Shown one piece after another: positions 41,166-55,157 of a stretch of 64,000 nucleotides of DNA. The stretch is from contig OX597814.1 in assembly GCA_951406725.2 (NCBI GenBank), positions 94,860,001-94,924,000 on the forward strand, written 5' to 3'. Origin of the DNA: Octopus vulgaris (lineage: Eukaryota). Position 1 is the stretch's first letter. Each line of letters begins with the position of its first letter. The notes under the pieces were generated by a model. The model ran no database searches. It saw only the letters and a list, made by a program, of their open reading frames with translations, and had not been told where the DNA came from. A program made the position numbers and the translations under genes.

Positions 41166-43304
41166 TAATTTACGCACGTACGGCATCAGATAGTCACATG
41201 GGAGGTGTTTAATTAATTTAACCCCACGAAATACATAACTGAAACTCATTTGATCTAACACGGAGAATTTCCAGGCAAACTCAATTAACGCCAGCTTTGT
41301 CTGCCGAACGTAACGGAGAAGCAATAAAGAAAAAGCAATAAAAAAGGCGTTTAGTCTGACACTAAATAAAACAAATGAAGTAAGCCATTACACACACGTA
41401 CACACGTATGTAATATTCACTACTAATATTGACTTCTAATATACTGACAAGAATTTGGGGGAAGAGCATACAGCTAATTATTTTAACGATCTCAGGAGAA
41501 TACAAGACATTATCGATCAATTAGCCTGGTCTTTGAACTCAGAATGTAAAGGACTAGAACTAGTTATCGCAAGGTCTTTTTCCCTGTAGCTATGTCTATT
41601 ACCTTTCTAATTCACAAACACAAGCATACAATTATGCTGTTGTGAAATGCTGTTAAGAGTAAGGCAGTACATAACTGTTCGGATGATTGAAGTAATATTT
41701 GCAAACCTAAGTTAGTGAGTCGCAACCCGAAGTTTCTTGTTTCCAGTCCTGATTATATAATAATTAAGGATTACATTAGGCCATGTTTTACTTGTCCCTG
41801 TGGTGCAATCAGTTAGTGTGTTCGGATGGTAACAGAAGGACTGGTGGTTTAAACCCACATGGGGACGAAGCCTACATATTTTAAACTTGAAAATAAAAAT
41901 GTAGATACATTCCTATTACAACTTTTGCGGAGAAAAAATGAGAGTCTTCTAGCAAACTGTTTCACGGTTTGTACACCAATCCTCAAAGAAATGTTTCTCC
42001 AATAAATGGCACATATTATCAATCTATAAAGCAATCATCAATTAGGTTAGAACATCAGTAGAAAACTTAATTTGTATTTCTGTCATTATTTAATTAATGA
42101 TTAACTATGTATGTGCATTTATATGCATATTTATTCCTATAAACATAAGTATGTATATCAATAAAAATGTATATACATTTGTTCTTTCCTTTCTTCTAAA
42201 GAACTTCCACTTCGCTCAGTAATATCTTAAACAAAACCTTACTTTATAAAAACAAGACAATCCTCTGAAATATAATATCTAGACTTCATATTTTCACTAT
42301 TCTAAATTACATATAGTACTATTACAGTTGCTATAGTAAAAATAGTAAAGATTATTCTTTGTTTGTATTGCTTATACCACTTTTCTGTTAATGATGTATT
42401 TTCAAACAAGTTTCCCAACTTTTCATTCTTTTTTTCCTCGATGAAGGGTCTATTCAAAGCGTTTGTCTGTAGTCTGTGTCATCACATTTCAAAATACATC
42501 TATATTTGTTCTTTATCTATCGGCACAAGCATTCTTGGAAATGAGTCTTTTCTACTGTAAAACTGTGAAGGATACCTGACAGGTAGTGGTGTCAACCAAG
42601 TCAGCCATGGAAAACTTTCAATGTGCAACGAATCTTCTCTCTTTTAAGTCAAAAATTGAAAGCATTCATCAAACCTTACATCAGTCTTGCCTCTTTAAAA
42701 AGACCAATATTTTTCATTACTTTATAAGTACAAAATTAGAGTTGGAGAAGAATAGTGGGATTATAATATACTACTCAGTAACCCTTTGTTCAGGGTAATA
42801 CCTTATGTGTAATAAATCTAATCCCCTATGCCAATTTCCTTTACACAGCTGATACTGCCCAGTATCATTATATATAATATATAAAGTCATAAGTCAGAAA
42901 CGTATAAGGCAAGGCTGAATGCCTTCTAATATTTGATTTCTTATATCTAGGCTCTAACTTCAATACTGCCAAGTTTGAATTCAATATTCCATTCCTCCAC
43001 TGGAACCAAAATATCTACAAGCAATTTAAAAAAGCAATTAATTCGATGGATAATTTACGCCACATTTGTTGTAGCGTTTATCCTTAAAATTAGTAAGACA
43101 AAAAAATTAATCAATATTTTTGTAATCATGGCGTTGTGTTGGAAGAGGTATGCTTTGAGAAGGTCCTAATTACGAGAAGACTTAATCCACAATTCAAACC
43201 ATTTCACTTCAGTTATATATCTGATATTATTCGGAAAGATATACAAGTCACTAATTTTTTTTTCTAATCAAGAAGTATACCAGCGATATTGGCATAACTA
43301 TAGC

Positions 43305-43485
43305 ATTATTAGCACGCCGGGTAAAGTGCTCAACGATATTTCGTCCGTCTTTACGTTCTGCAAGGTCGACTTTGCCTTTCATCTTTTGGGGTCGATAAAA
43401 TAAGTACCAGTTGAGCACTGGGGTCGTTATAATTTGCTTACTCTTCCCCACGAAATTCCTGGCATAGTGCTGAAATTGGCACAAC
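43305..43485 (+). mobile_element. SINE family B, decayed
   Basis: TTAGCACGCCGGG...GGTCGACTTTGCCTTTCATC...CACTGGGGTCG. Confidence 0.8.
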
Positions 43486-44379
43486 TATTACTGGCAAACT
43501 ATTAAATTTCTCATATCATACTAAAATATGTTTGCACCTAGACACTCGCGAGTCATCCTATATACGTTATTGTTTAGCTCGACGTCGGCACTGCTCCAGC
43601 AAACCTATGACTAGAAATATTGTAGCGATAGTCATCCCCTCTTTGCAAATATATTTTATTTTATTTTAGTCTACATTATATGTGTCCCTTTTAAAAAAAA
43701 GACGATAAATTTTGATTTCAATATTAATTCTAGCAAGTCGAGTGACCCTGTATAAACTCTTTCATTGACTTGATCTATATATTGTCCAAAGATCTATATT
43801 AATTTCATAGAAATAGTAAAAGGACTCTCCGGTGATCAATACAAGTAAAATCAAATGTCATACTTTGTCCATGAAAGTCCCATATATAAATAATACTTTG
43901 GTGATAAGACTATTCACATTCACAGAAGAGAAAACTGACTTAGATACGAAAATCAATGAATTCAGAATTTTATGTTCTGCATCGGTCAAAGCTGAAAGCA
44001 ATAAATATGATACTAGGAACAATCAGAAGAAACATTACTGCTCATCTAACAAAGACACTACTGTCACATTATACAAGTCACCTGTCTTAAGATATACCAA
44101 AAATCTGAGCCATTTTTAGATGGAGTTATATACAAAATCTATTTGTTTTATAACAAACTGAAGGACTTCAACATACACTTTGACCAGCTCTCGTGGCTTC
44201 ATATTTATATCTATTCCACATCCATTCTTTTCATCATTTATTCTTTATTTTCACTAAACACAAAAATTTTCTTGTTTACCTTCTCATTATTCCGTTTTTA
44301 ATATCTTATTCTAAGATTATTAGACTTTATTGATTATTCATTTAGTTACTGCTGAACTGTGTGTGAATGTAATATATTG

Positions 44380-44441
44380 TGTGTCTGTATGTCATTGTAT
44401 AAATATATGCGTGTATGCATACATATGTATGTGTGTATGTA

Positions 44442-44482
<41 letters not shown>

Positions 44483-44770
44483 GCATACACACATATATTT
44501 ATACAAGTCGTTGTATAAATATATGTGTGTATGCATACATATGTCTGTGTGCATGTATATATATATATATATATATACATGCATATACACATATATATAT
44601 ATATGCGCATGTGTATGTGTGTAGCATAAATATGTATGTGATGCATACATACATAAATATACACATAATAAATGCATGTATAAACGTGTGTGTATATTTA
44701 TTTGTGAATATATACATATATATCATGTATATACACATATATATAAATACATATATACTTATACACGCAC
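44380..44770. repeat. degenerate (TA)/(TG)/(CA) low-complexity tract with an internal duplication
   Basis: TTGTATAAATATATG.GTGTATGCATACATATG occurs twice. Confidence 0.9.
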
Positions 44771-45158
44771 GTACACATGTATTCGTTTTTAACAGCAGAA
44801 CTCGAAGTAGGTAAAGCTATAAATAATAGCATGTAAATATTGGGTTATAAAATTCCTTTTTGATAGAAAGAGTCAAAGTCTATTATTTAATTTACACTTA
44901 GTTTGCACTGCAAGACATCATAGCTATCACATACCCAGAATTCTCAAAAACCTTCCGAGTTAACCGTTCCATCCAGGGGGTACGTAGTAGCATGCATGTT
45001 ACTAAAGAAATGCTAAGATCTTGTGATCAATATCCTAAAAGGCATTTTTTGAAGACAAAATACCTTCCAATATTTCTTCCGGTTCTCTCCGCTTTGAACT
45101 CAAATCCAGCCAAGGTTAAATTTATTGTTTATCTTTTAAGCTAGTCGAGTATATATAT

Positions 45159-45212
<54 letters not shown>

Positions 45213-45230
45213 ACACACACATATACACAA

Positions 45231-45299
<69 letters not shown>

Positions 45300-45301
<2 letters not shown>

Positions 45302-45700
45302 TTAAATAAAATGGGACAACAAAGCCAAGGAAGTGTGAAATTTCTGGGACATTTTATAAAGAAAAGGGTTGTCTTACAGCTCTTACAGGGATATAAAAGA
45401 TATCCCATCATCAGAGACAATATGAGAGGGTTAAATAGCAGGAAATAGTGGAATACAACATAAGTTATTTTGGAAAGGGAAGTATAAATAGAAATATAAA
45501 AATAAAAATAAAGATATATGTTGAATGTTAAACTTATTGTTCCATTATCCTTGGAATGTATTGTGTAGAATGGGTAAAAAGGCTTCTTGTCCATGGTATG
45601 TAAGTTCAGATTGGAGTTCATATTTTGTTATTAAAAATGGATAGTGTGCAGGTATTAATTCTGTGTGGTGTTCATTCAAAGGGGACTTTTTTATACTACA
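45300..45700 (-). mobile_element. Penelope pLTR-like fragment (family 2) with a decayed hammerhead at 45369-45420
   Basis: Homologous to 36660-36740; ttgtct-CTGATGA-t-gggatat..atatccc-t-GTAA-gagctg-TA-agacaa. Confidence 0.6.
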
Positions 45701-45784
45701 TTTATTTAACCTATTATTTTATTTAACGTATACACGCTCAAACACTAGCCGCGTTAGACTTCCCACTCATACTACCCACTACAC

Positions 45785-45940
45785 ATTCTTTATTTTCTCT
45801 CTTTGTTCCTTTCCGTGTTCCTTTCTGCGGAAGAGCGTAGGCTCGAAACGTTGAAGACTTTTTCACTTCCCGAGCGTTAAACTAATACATCTGTTGTCTA
45901 CACCACCTGTCTTCGTCTTTTGTTTTTGTGAATTATCTCC

Positions 45941-45941
<1 letters not shown>
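45785..45941 (+). mobile_element. pLTR-like short element (family 1) with hammerhead-like fold at 45821-45856
   Basis: cttt-CTGCGGA-a-gagc-gtag-gctc-GAAA-CG-TT-gaag; ends at (TA)n/(TG)n. Confidence 0.6.
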
Positions 45942-46019
<78 letters not shown>

Positions 46020-46033
46020 TGTGTGTGTATATA

Positions 46034-46290
46034 GTGAAGGCGCGTCACATAGTGGTTAGTATATTCGGCTCACGATTGTAAGGTCGTTAGTTCGATTCTT
46101 TGCGGCGTGTTGTGTCCTTGATCAAGACACTTTATTTCATATTGCTCCAGTCCACTCAACAGGCAAAAATGTTATTATATCCATAATTAAAAGAGCCAGC
46201 CTTGTCACGTTCTGTATCACGATGAATCTCCCCGGGAGATTCTGTGGTGCGCTCGACCACTTGCACCTAAATGTTATGAGCCGCCTGTTC
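46034..46290 (+). mobile_element. tRNA-derived SINE (fourth family), decayed
   Basis: GTGAAGGCGCG..TAGTGGTTAG..AGTTCGATTC head followed by GTGTCCTTGATCAAGACACTTT. Confidence 0.7.
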
Positions 46291-46631
46291 CGTTAGATAT
46301 ATTAAGTTTTTTTTTACTTTCTAAATTGTCATATATATATAAAGGTGGTGCTGCAGCATGGCTGCAGTCAAGTGACTGAAACAAGTAAAAGTGTAAAATA
46401 ATATAAATATATATGTAATTTAAAGATAGGATAAAATTTGTATAAGTATTTATCAAGTAGTAAGCGTGAAAAACTTCATAAGGGAAACATTTTTAATCAT
46501 TCCCTTTAAATATATTTATTTTTATTAAGGGAATTACTCTACATAAATGCCTCACTCTATGAGGGACTGTTAAAGTCAAAACTTTAAGAGTCCCTCATAG
46601 CGTGAAGCATTTAAGTATAATAGTGCCCTTA

Positions 46632-46695
<64 letters not shown>

Positions 46696-46764
46696 TTATT
46701 TATTTATTCATTTATTTATTTATTTATTTATTTATTCATTTATTTATTTATTTATTTATTTATG

Positions 46765-47230
46765 TATGAAAGATATCAGAATTCCGAAGGAAATTCTCTT
46801 TGGCCAATTCCTAACAGGAAGATGATTTAGAAGGCTACTCTTGCGCTTCGAAGACTAACTAAAAAAAACAATCTGAAGCGATGCAACATTCCCTTTTCTT
46901 CCTGAGGAAAAGAAAGCACCAGAACGCAGGACCTGGCGGCAGTCCTGCTTCTCTTCAGTTAAAAGGTTAGAGTAAATCGACTCCAACATTTCGACCAACT
47001 TCATGCAAGAATGAAGGCACGCTGCCAAAAAGCTCCTCCTCTAAATGATTTTGTGGTACGAAGCAAAGCAGATCTTGTCGTCCACCCAAGAAAACATATA
47101 GTAAAGGATCCACAAGTATCCAAGCAAACTGAGTCCTCAACTTGTTCCATTTTCCAAAAGATTTTCAAGGCACTAGTAAGCCTCATGTGATACATTAGTG
47201 TCCATAGAACATGATTACCGCTTTATTTTA
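46765..47230 (+). mobile_element. RTE (BovB-like) LINE 3' fragment
   Basis: RIPKEILFGQFLTGR...LRFED*LKK..LKRCNIP..ERRTWRQ, typical of the RTE post-RT region. Confidence 0.7.
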
Positions 47231-47290
47231 CTGAACCGTTATTTGTCGTTCACGACGAGAGAATCCATTATATATGTGTGTATATATATA

Positions 47291-47465
47291 GTTTCAATTT
47301 ACAGAAAAGAGAAGACGAAGACAGGTGAAGGAACAACAAGTTGGTGTATTAGTTTAACGTTCGGGAAGAATGACGTTTCGAGTCTACGCTCTTCGGCAGA
47401 AAAGTTTCAGAGAGACAAAAATGGAGAGAGAAAGAAAAAAAACGGTGAGAGAAAAAAATGTGTAG
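47291..47465 (-). mobile_element. pLTR-like short element (family 1) with hammerhead-like fold at 47372-47403
   Basis: Minus strand: CTGCCGA-a-gagc-gtag-actc-GAAA-CG-TC; stem I disrupted; (TA)n-flanked. Confidence 0.55.
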
Positions 47466-49798
47466 GAATTAATATATATACATATACAAAGAGAAAGAAA
47501 GACCGCGCAAGAGAGAGAGAGAGGGGGGTGCCTGTGTTTTTTTTTGTTTTCTTTTTTTGTGTATGAGTCTTTTTAATCGATAGTACTTTACGTGCCGGAC
47601 GTGCATTACTTAGAGAAGTGCAACTCTCGTCGTAAATAATGAGACGGAAATCTGGCAGAAATTCGGAGGGAAAAACCTTTCAGTATTCTTTCCGGTTCTC
47701 TTCGATCTGAGTCCAAAGCCTGCCGGTGCCTACTTCCAGTGTCGATCAACTACTAGACGGGATTGCCCTCTTTCATTTTATTTTTTATTTTCTCTGTAAG
47801 GAAATCTTAGCGGTTAGTCCAGGGCGACTTCCTAACGAATTGATCAAGAGGTTGAAGCCCAAAGTAAAAAAAAATTTCTCACGTGTGATGCTTATATATA
47901 GTGAATTGAACTATGAACTTGCAGACTTAAATGCATTGGCAATTGCTTTATATGGCATCGACGAGAGGACAGACAGTGTATATCTTTCTTCGAAATGGCA
48001 TTTTGTTGTATTTCTTAAGTGATCTTTAGAATCATGGAAACCCTACAAGATATGAAGTAACTTCGAAAATTTAATTCAGTTACCACCTCAATGCTCGTTT
48101 TCATTATATTTCATATCACCATAGCTACAGAAAATATTAATTTAGAGTTGAACTAAGTTAAACAAATATTCTTCAATTTAGAAGGAAATAAAATTATTTT
48201 TCGAATCGCAATAAACACGCCTCTAATAGCTGTTATTGGCTATCTTAACATATCTTTCTAAAAGTATGTTTGAGAATCTTTTACAAACCACAAATATTCT
48301 GTATTGAATTTCACTTTTGTTTAAAAATCAATACTGTTAAACATTTCTGGTAGATCATCTATTATTGCAGTTGAAGTTTTATATTTTTTCATTCATTCAA
48401 CATAATATTGGGCAATTTCATTTCTCCTTTGAGAATTGAAAATCTAATGAAATCTCTGTAAATAATGTTCGAACTGATTCTGTATTTACAAGGCAATTGA
48501 ACTGCTTTAGTATTACAACACTTCGTTTAAATTTAAAAAACGATAAATATAAATATTAGAAATTTTAATAAAATCTGTGAAAAGGAAAAGCATTATCATT
48601 ATAAATATCGTTCAGAGCGAAAAGTGCATAGATATCTCTAAAACGATACATATAATACATGTTATACAACTCTCAAAACTGCTTATATCTAATGCTTAAA
48701 TTTCAAAAACAATCATTACCATATCTTAAAGTCAATGAATATAAGTCATTATGTTTCTGAATTATTACACATTTCTTTGTTTGCAAACGTGGAAGACTCA
48801 GAACGAAAGTGCAACTCTCCCTCAAGTCAAGCTATATTATCTTATGTAAGGAAGAGCACATCGGATACTATGGTCCTACATAGCATTACCTTATAATTTA
48901 AAAAATGGGAAGGTTCTGGAGGACTTTATCATAGTTCTGTTCTAACATATTACCTGAAGCTAAACAACATCTTAAGTTAATTCCTCATATAGAAATCAGA
49001 CTTTAGAATCATAGGAGATTTAGTCTAACATTTTTTGATAATCATCTTTGTTTCTCAAAGGAAATTATAAATTAAATTAAATTATTGCAAGCAACTTTTA
49101 AAAAATATCACAAGTACGTCTCCACGAGAAATCAGTCCTTATCTTCAGCAACCGATATTGTAGCAGCCTCTGCTTCTGGAAACTAGTTGACCTCTTGCCA
49201 TTTTCACCCAATCTTCCCAATCCGCACGTCTCTCCTCTTCTCGTCATCCATATTATAACCTTGTTTACCATACCAGGCCCAACACTAACTTCTTTTTCCC
49301 AATCCTTTCTCTTCACACTGCCAAGCCTCTGGAATTCTTTTCCTCTCTAGATCTTTCATGTTGCCATATATTTACAATTGTTCAAGAATAACACCACTAA
49401 TCGATCTGCTTGGTCTCCGAGTCTCTCGATAATCCGTTGTTCTAGATCTAACGATGGAAAGAAAACATTTTTGTGTTGATTTATAAATTCTTTTACAAAA
49501 ACAAAAACTGGTTCTATTGGATAATTGATGCAGTCAGTCCTTATGTCAATATTGATGGCCTTTGTCTATTCAACCTTAAGAGTTACCATTTCGTATAGTG
49601 TCCCTTTAGAATAATCATTAATCTTTTTATTAATTTTCTTATAAAGCGGTGAATTGAGAGAGTCGTTATAGCATTAGGTAAAATATCTTGCGGAGTTTGT
49701 TGGAGCTCTCTACGTTCTCAATTCAAATACTACGGATGTCAACTCGTCGTTTCGGGAGAAATCAAGAAGGGAATTATTCCCCTACCTCTCTCTCTCTC

Positions 49799-49840
<42 letters not shown>

Positions 49841-50019
49841 GATGAAATGTAGTCAGACTAGGAGGAGAACGATCTCTGAAAGATTTAGATACCCAAAACA
49901 TGCTGTAGGTCACAGTTTCATTGCTACAACTTCATCAGAAGCTGGATGTACAAGGGAAGGCAAGGTAATCAGTCAAGTAATTTTAGTATACATTTAATAC
50001 GTCTTATTTAACCAACAAA

Positions 50020-50455
50020 AGGTCGCGAACTGGCAGAGTCGTTACCGCGCCGAACAAAATGCTTAGCGGTAGTTTTTCCGGCTTTACTTTCTGAGTTCAA
50101 GTTCTACCGAGGTCGACTTTACATTTTATCCTTTCAGCGCCGATAAAATAAGCACAAGTTAAGTACTGGAGTCAACTAGCCCGCTCCACTTCAAAGTTGC
50201 TGGCCCTGTGTCAACATTTGAAATCATTATTTTATCAACACAAGGCGACGTGCTGACAGAATCGTTACTGCGCCGGTCAAAAATGGTTAGCGGCATTTCT
50301 TGTGGCTTTACGATCTGAGCTCAGCACCACCGAGGCCAATTTTGCCATTCCTCCTTTCGAGGTCGATGACATCAGTTCCAGTTGATCACAGGTGTTGTTG
50401 TAATGGACTACCCCTTCTCCTAAACGTTCGGATATTGTGCCAACAACAGAAAGAA
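50020..50455 (+). mobile_element. two tandem decayed SINE family B copies
   Basis: CTGGCAGAGTCGTTAC.. and CTGACAGAATCGTTAC.. heads, each followed by a CCGAGG core. Confidence 0.8.
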
Positions 50456-50491
50456 TTATTTAAAACGAAAAGCAGATCACAACGGGCTTAA

Positions 50492-52832
50492 CCCTCCATT
50501 GGTGCAGCGGGTTATGGCTTAGCCAAAGTAATCTTTTGCGTTTGACAACAGTGAAACAGTATCTTCCCATGTAATTTCCTGCCAATGTGCACTGAGCTGA
50601 TACAACAGGTTGCTCAGTGTACTGTTGGCAAAGGGAGGGAGTATACATACAGTAATTGCGTCTTGGAGTGTTGCAAACTCCTCCACTCCTTTCTCATAGG
50701 TAATTTTTCTAAAGCATATATTTCCTTTATTATCGTATATGTGTGTCATAAGGATCAGGATACACATATAATATACATTTGTGTTGTTCTTATTTTTATG
50801 ATACATATTTATGGCGGCTTTCTATTTTCAAAATCAAAATGAATTATTGCAAACAAATAGAACGGTTGACAGAAATGAATGAAAGAGAGCTAGATAAAGA
50901 GGATGATATATTACTCCTAGAAGAACGAGATAAACTGGAGTCAGAAGACGAAGCACTAGTAAGTAAAGAACAAAGAGGGGATGATGAAGAAGAGGGGGAA
51001 CCAAGAGTGGATGGAGAAGAAAAAGACGAGAGTACAACAGAAAAAAGGAGGAAGTAACTGAAGAGGAGGAAGTAACTGAAGCTAATAAGGCAAATCCAAA
51101 TCCACAGAGTAATAGGTCAAGAGACTGTAAGTTTATCAGCAGAGATCAAACTGTTTGGAACAAAGTTCCTCCAGCTCTTCCACGGAGCATACACGCACAT
51201 AACATTATACGAGGTACCCCTGAACGAAGAGGAAAAACAAGAGACGTGCATGATGTAGTGGAGTGATGGGATCTGTTATTTACTCCAGGCCTTCTGAATG
51301 ACTTAAGATGATGCACTAATATCTATATTGACACTAATTAAGGAATATTTAAAGAGGAATCCCGAATCAGACAAACCAATGAAAGGGAGAGAAAGCTGTA
51401 ACAGGACCGCTTTGTCTCTTGGGAGCTTTAGATCTAACCGAATGAATATAGAGTATGTTTGAGCAGCTGATGGAACAGGAATAGAGATATTTCAAGCAAC
51501 TATGTCTCTGCAGCGCTTTCGTTTCCTGCTGGCTTCTTTGAGGTTTGATAACATCCACACACGGGCTGAAAAGAGAGCAGAAAATAAGTTTACAACTTTT
51601 AGAAACTTCTTTGAGACATTTGTTGATAACTTAAATCCAATTACACTCAAAAAATATATGACAGTGGATGAAATGCTGGCTGCCTTTAGAGATGATTGTC
51701 CTTTTACGCAATACATACCAAATAAGCCAGCTAAATATGGTATCAAAATATTTGCATTGGCTGATACTAAAACCCATTATGTGTTAAACATAGAAGTCTA
51801 CTTGGGAAAGCAACTAGAAAGCCCTTTTGTAGTAGATAACTATAAAGGCAGTAGTAAAGTGAATTGTTTCTTATATCAGCAGAACTGAGAGAAACATTAC
51901 GGTGGACATCTGGTGTACCAGTTACGTTCTAGTAGTCGACCTCCAGAGGGATTATAAACTAACATTAGTGGCACTAATGAGGAAAAACAAGAGAAAAATC
52001 CTTGTTGCTGTCAAAGGTACAACAGAGTATACAAGTTTGTTTGATTTCCAGAAAAACGCCGAACTGACCTCTTATATAAGCAAGAAACGTGTGTAGTATT
52101 ACTCAGCACAAAGCATCATGATGATACTGCAGTTAATGCAGACACCAAAGAAAAAAGGAACCAATGGTCAATACCTTCTACAACTGTACTAAAGGAGGGG
52201 TGGATAACGTTGACCAGTTGTGTTCAACATATAATGGTTCCCAAAATACTCGACGCTGGCCTCTTACAGCTTTTACACCACACTCAATGTTGTAGGAATA
52301 AATGCATTCAATATATGCATGGCAAACTCTCAATCAACCATCATGCGGCGGAATTTTTCGAAAATGTTAGGGATGAAGTTGGTAGAAGACCATATTAACC
52401 ATCGAAAAGACAGTTCCGGGTTTGAAAAGAAACCTGAAAAAGAAGATCCACCACTTCTCATCTAAGAAATTACTTCCAAAACGCCGTCGTGCAAGTTTTC
52501 CAGAAAGATACACATTGTACCCCAAATCAAAGGATCAAAAGACAAAGAATAGCTCTCAAAAGTGTTCGAAACCCATCTGATTGGATCATTCATTCATAGT
52601 TTGTGTTCACTGCTATGGTAAGGATGACAAGGACGAGAATGCGATCAGTGACAAGGACTACCAAATGGTTTACCAAATAAAATGTCTGCGCTTTTTGTTT
52701 GCCTTCCTTAGTTTTTCAATTTTCTTTCAATTGTCCAATAGATGAAATTTTCTTTATGTAAGATTAAAATGTCTTTTGAGAAACAATTGTACAGAAACTC
52801 TTGATAAATAAAATACCTACACCAACGGAGGG
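50492..52832 (+). mobile_element. full-length piggyBac transposon (2341 bp) with pseudogenised transposase
   Basis: TTAA TSD on both sides; TIR CCCTCCATTGGTG / CACCAACGGAGGG (12/13); acidic N-terminus; MSLQRFRFLLASLRFD, TVDEML, YIPNKPAKYGIKIF, DIWCTS, YNCTKGGVD. Confidence 0.96.
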
Positions 52833-53476
52833 TTAAAATTCCAAAGGTATATGTATTATATTCCTATTAATTATACAATAATGTTTATATTTATGATAAC
52901 AAAGCTGTATTATACGATATGCTGAAAATAGCAATCAAAATTTCCCTCAAACCGAAACCTCTCACTTGACACAAAAAATAGAGCACTTTGGATAATGTGG
53001 TCCTTAGGTACCCTGTACCCAGTAAAATAACAAGACGATCAGTATTGAAGTATGTTTTCTAATTGGCCTGCTCAATCAAAGCTAACTTAAATGTAAAGAA
53101 CAGAAATAACAACGTAAGCTCCCATCAAACCGACATCATGATGCTATTTTAGTTCCATCTCATGTATACGTCCTTAATAACAGACGGAAATGTATGAACA
53201 TTTTAATTTTCCTTCTACCTCCTTTCTTTTTCTGAAGTTTAGCATCTGAACTGTAGAGCTTCTTTGCTTTGCCAAACAGAAAACACACATACACACGTGT
53301 ATGTATGTGCATGTGTTAATCTATATGCGTGGCGTGTGTGTGTGCGCGCGAGTGTGTATGTGCATGTGTATGCGTATATGTATGTATGTGATATGTGTGT
53401 GTATATATATATATATACATATATAGTATTTATTGATTTCTGTAAAAACTATACACACACACCCATAAATACACAT

Positions 53477-53540
<64 letters not shown>

Positions 53541-54925
53541 GTATGTATATTGTATTTATTGACTTCTATAAATACACCAAAACTATCCAGTTTTCCACAT
53601 AGATTTTTCTCTCTGATCAAAAGGTACAAAAGTTTAGCTGAATTTTATCGTCAACTTAATTATTTATTGACAGTACTTTCTGCGAAGTTTAACATAAAAG
53701 GGAATGTTGTTTGTGTTCATTGTTGTTATTTTGTGTTGTTGCTTGTTTATTTTTAGCTAATCTGAATTGCTTTAAAAACGCCAGTACAGACACTAAGAGG
53801 AAAGATGTTGTAAAGCATATAGAGATAAATATTGCACCTACAAAAGAAGAAGAAATATCTAAGAGGGAAAAACTTTCTAATCTCGTTAGCAGACACCAAG
53901 GAGAAAGAAAGAGAGATACTATCACGGCGTTATAGGAAAATTATAACTACGAACAGTAATTTTCTGAACATCAAAAGGACTTGGTATGGCTGTGTAACTA
54001 AAACAGTTTGCAGTGCAACTACGTGACTCTTGGTTCGAACCTATTACACAACACCTTGAACAATTGTCCTCTACCATAGACTAAAGTTAACCGTTACTTT
54101 ATGAGCAGAATTCGATCTGCGCAGAAGCCCATTGCATGTATACGTGTATGTCTTTTGGCGAAAGGTGTAAACATCAACGAAGAAAACAATAAACTGGTAC
54201 CTTCGAGCAAATACCTTGTGATATTTGTTCTTCCCGAGTTGCACACACAAACTGCCCTTTTTTATTCTCTCTCTGTGTAAATTCAGTAACCCAACCAATT
54301 GCTGCATTTAATTGGGGTTACTGAATTTAACTTCAGAAACGTGGAACCAACGATGCTATTGTTTATAAAAACTGTGACATATAAAAAAAAACACAATACA
54401 GTCACGTGAATATTTCAAGACGGAGAATGAACGCTTAATAAGAGACCTTAATGAGGAAGTAAAAGTAAATTTTATGCGATTATGTGAGAGGGATTGCATC
54501 TAAGCAACAACAAAGAGTATCTCAAACGGAACAGAAACATTTTCATATCTTAAAATGCAGTGTCAAAAATTTCGTCGCACTTCTGCTACCAGGCCACTAA
54601 TATAACACTCACGTAATTCAGTTGATAGATCATCAAACTTTTAATTTTGATTTAATTTATGAAAGTATCTGAACTTGGTTGGTCTTTCTGAGGACGTAGT
54701 AAGTAAATTTCCATATTCATTAATGTAATGATTAATGGCTATATCGTCAGTCCCTTTGAACATTATCAAATAAGGAAATCATCATAACTAGATGTTACGC
54801 AGTATTTTTTTAATCCTTTAATTAGGAGTGAAAGGCGATGTCCATGGCTTTTCACAAGGCCTCTGAAGCTAGTTGCAGACAGGTAAATAGGTCCCCACTG
54901 ACCAGAAATACGGTATGAATGAAAA

Positions 54926-55157
54926 AGGCGGCGAACTGGCAGAAATGTTAGCACGCCGGGCGAAATGCGTAGCCGTATTTCGTCTGCCGCTACGTTCTGA
55001 GTTCAAATTCCGCCGAGGTCGACTGTGCCTTTCATCCTTTCGGGGTCGATAAATTAAGTACCAGTTACGCACTGGGGTCGATATAATCGACTTAATCTGT
55101 TTGTCTGTCCTTGTTTGTCCTCTCTGTGTTTAGCCCCTTGTGGGCAATAAAGAAATA
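54926..55157 (+). mobile_element. SINE family B, full length and little diverged, with TSD
   Basis: TSD AGAAATACGGTAT(G/C)AATG at 54904-54921 and 55158-55175. Confidence 0.94.

Noticed and set aside
43832-44119. 95-aa unique ORF
   Set aside because: An in-frame stop lies between the nearest acceptor and the ORF; no recognisable homology
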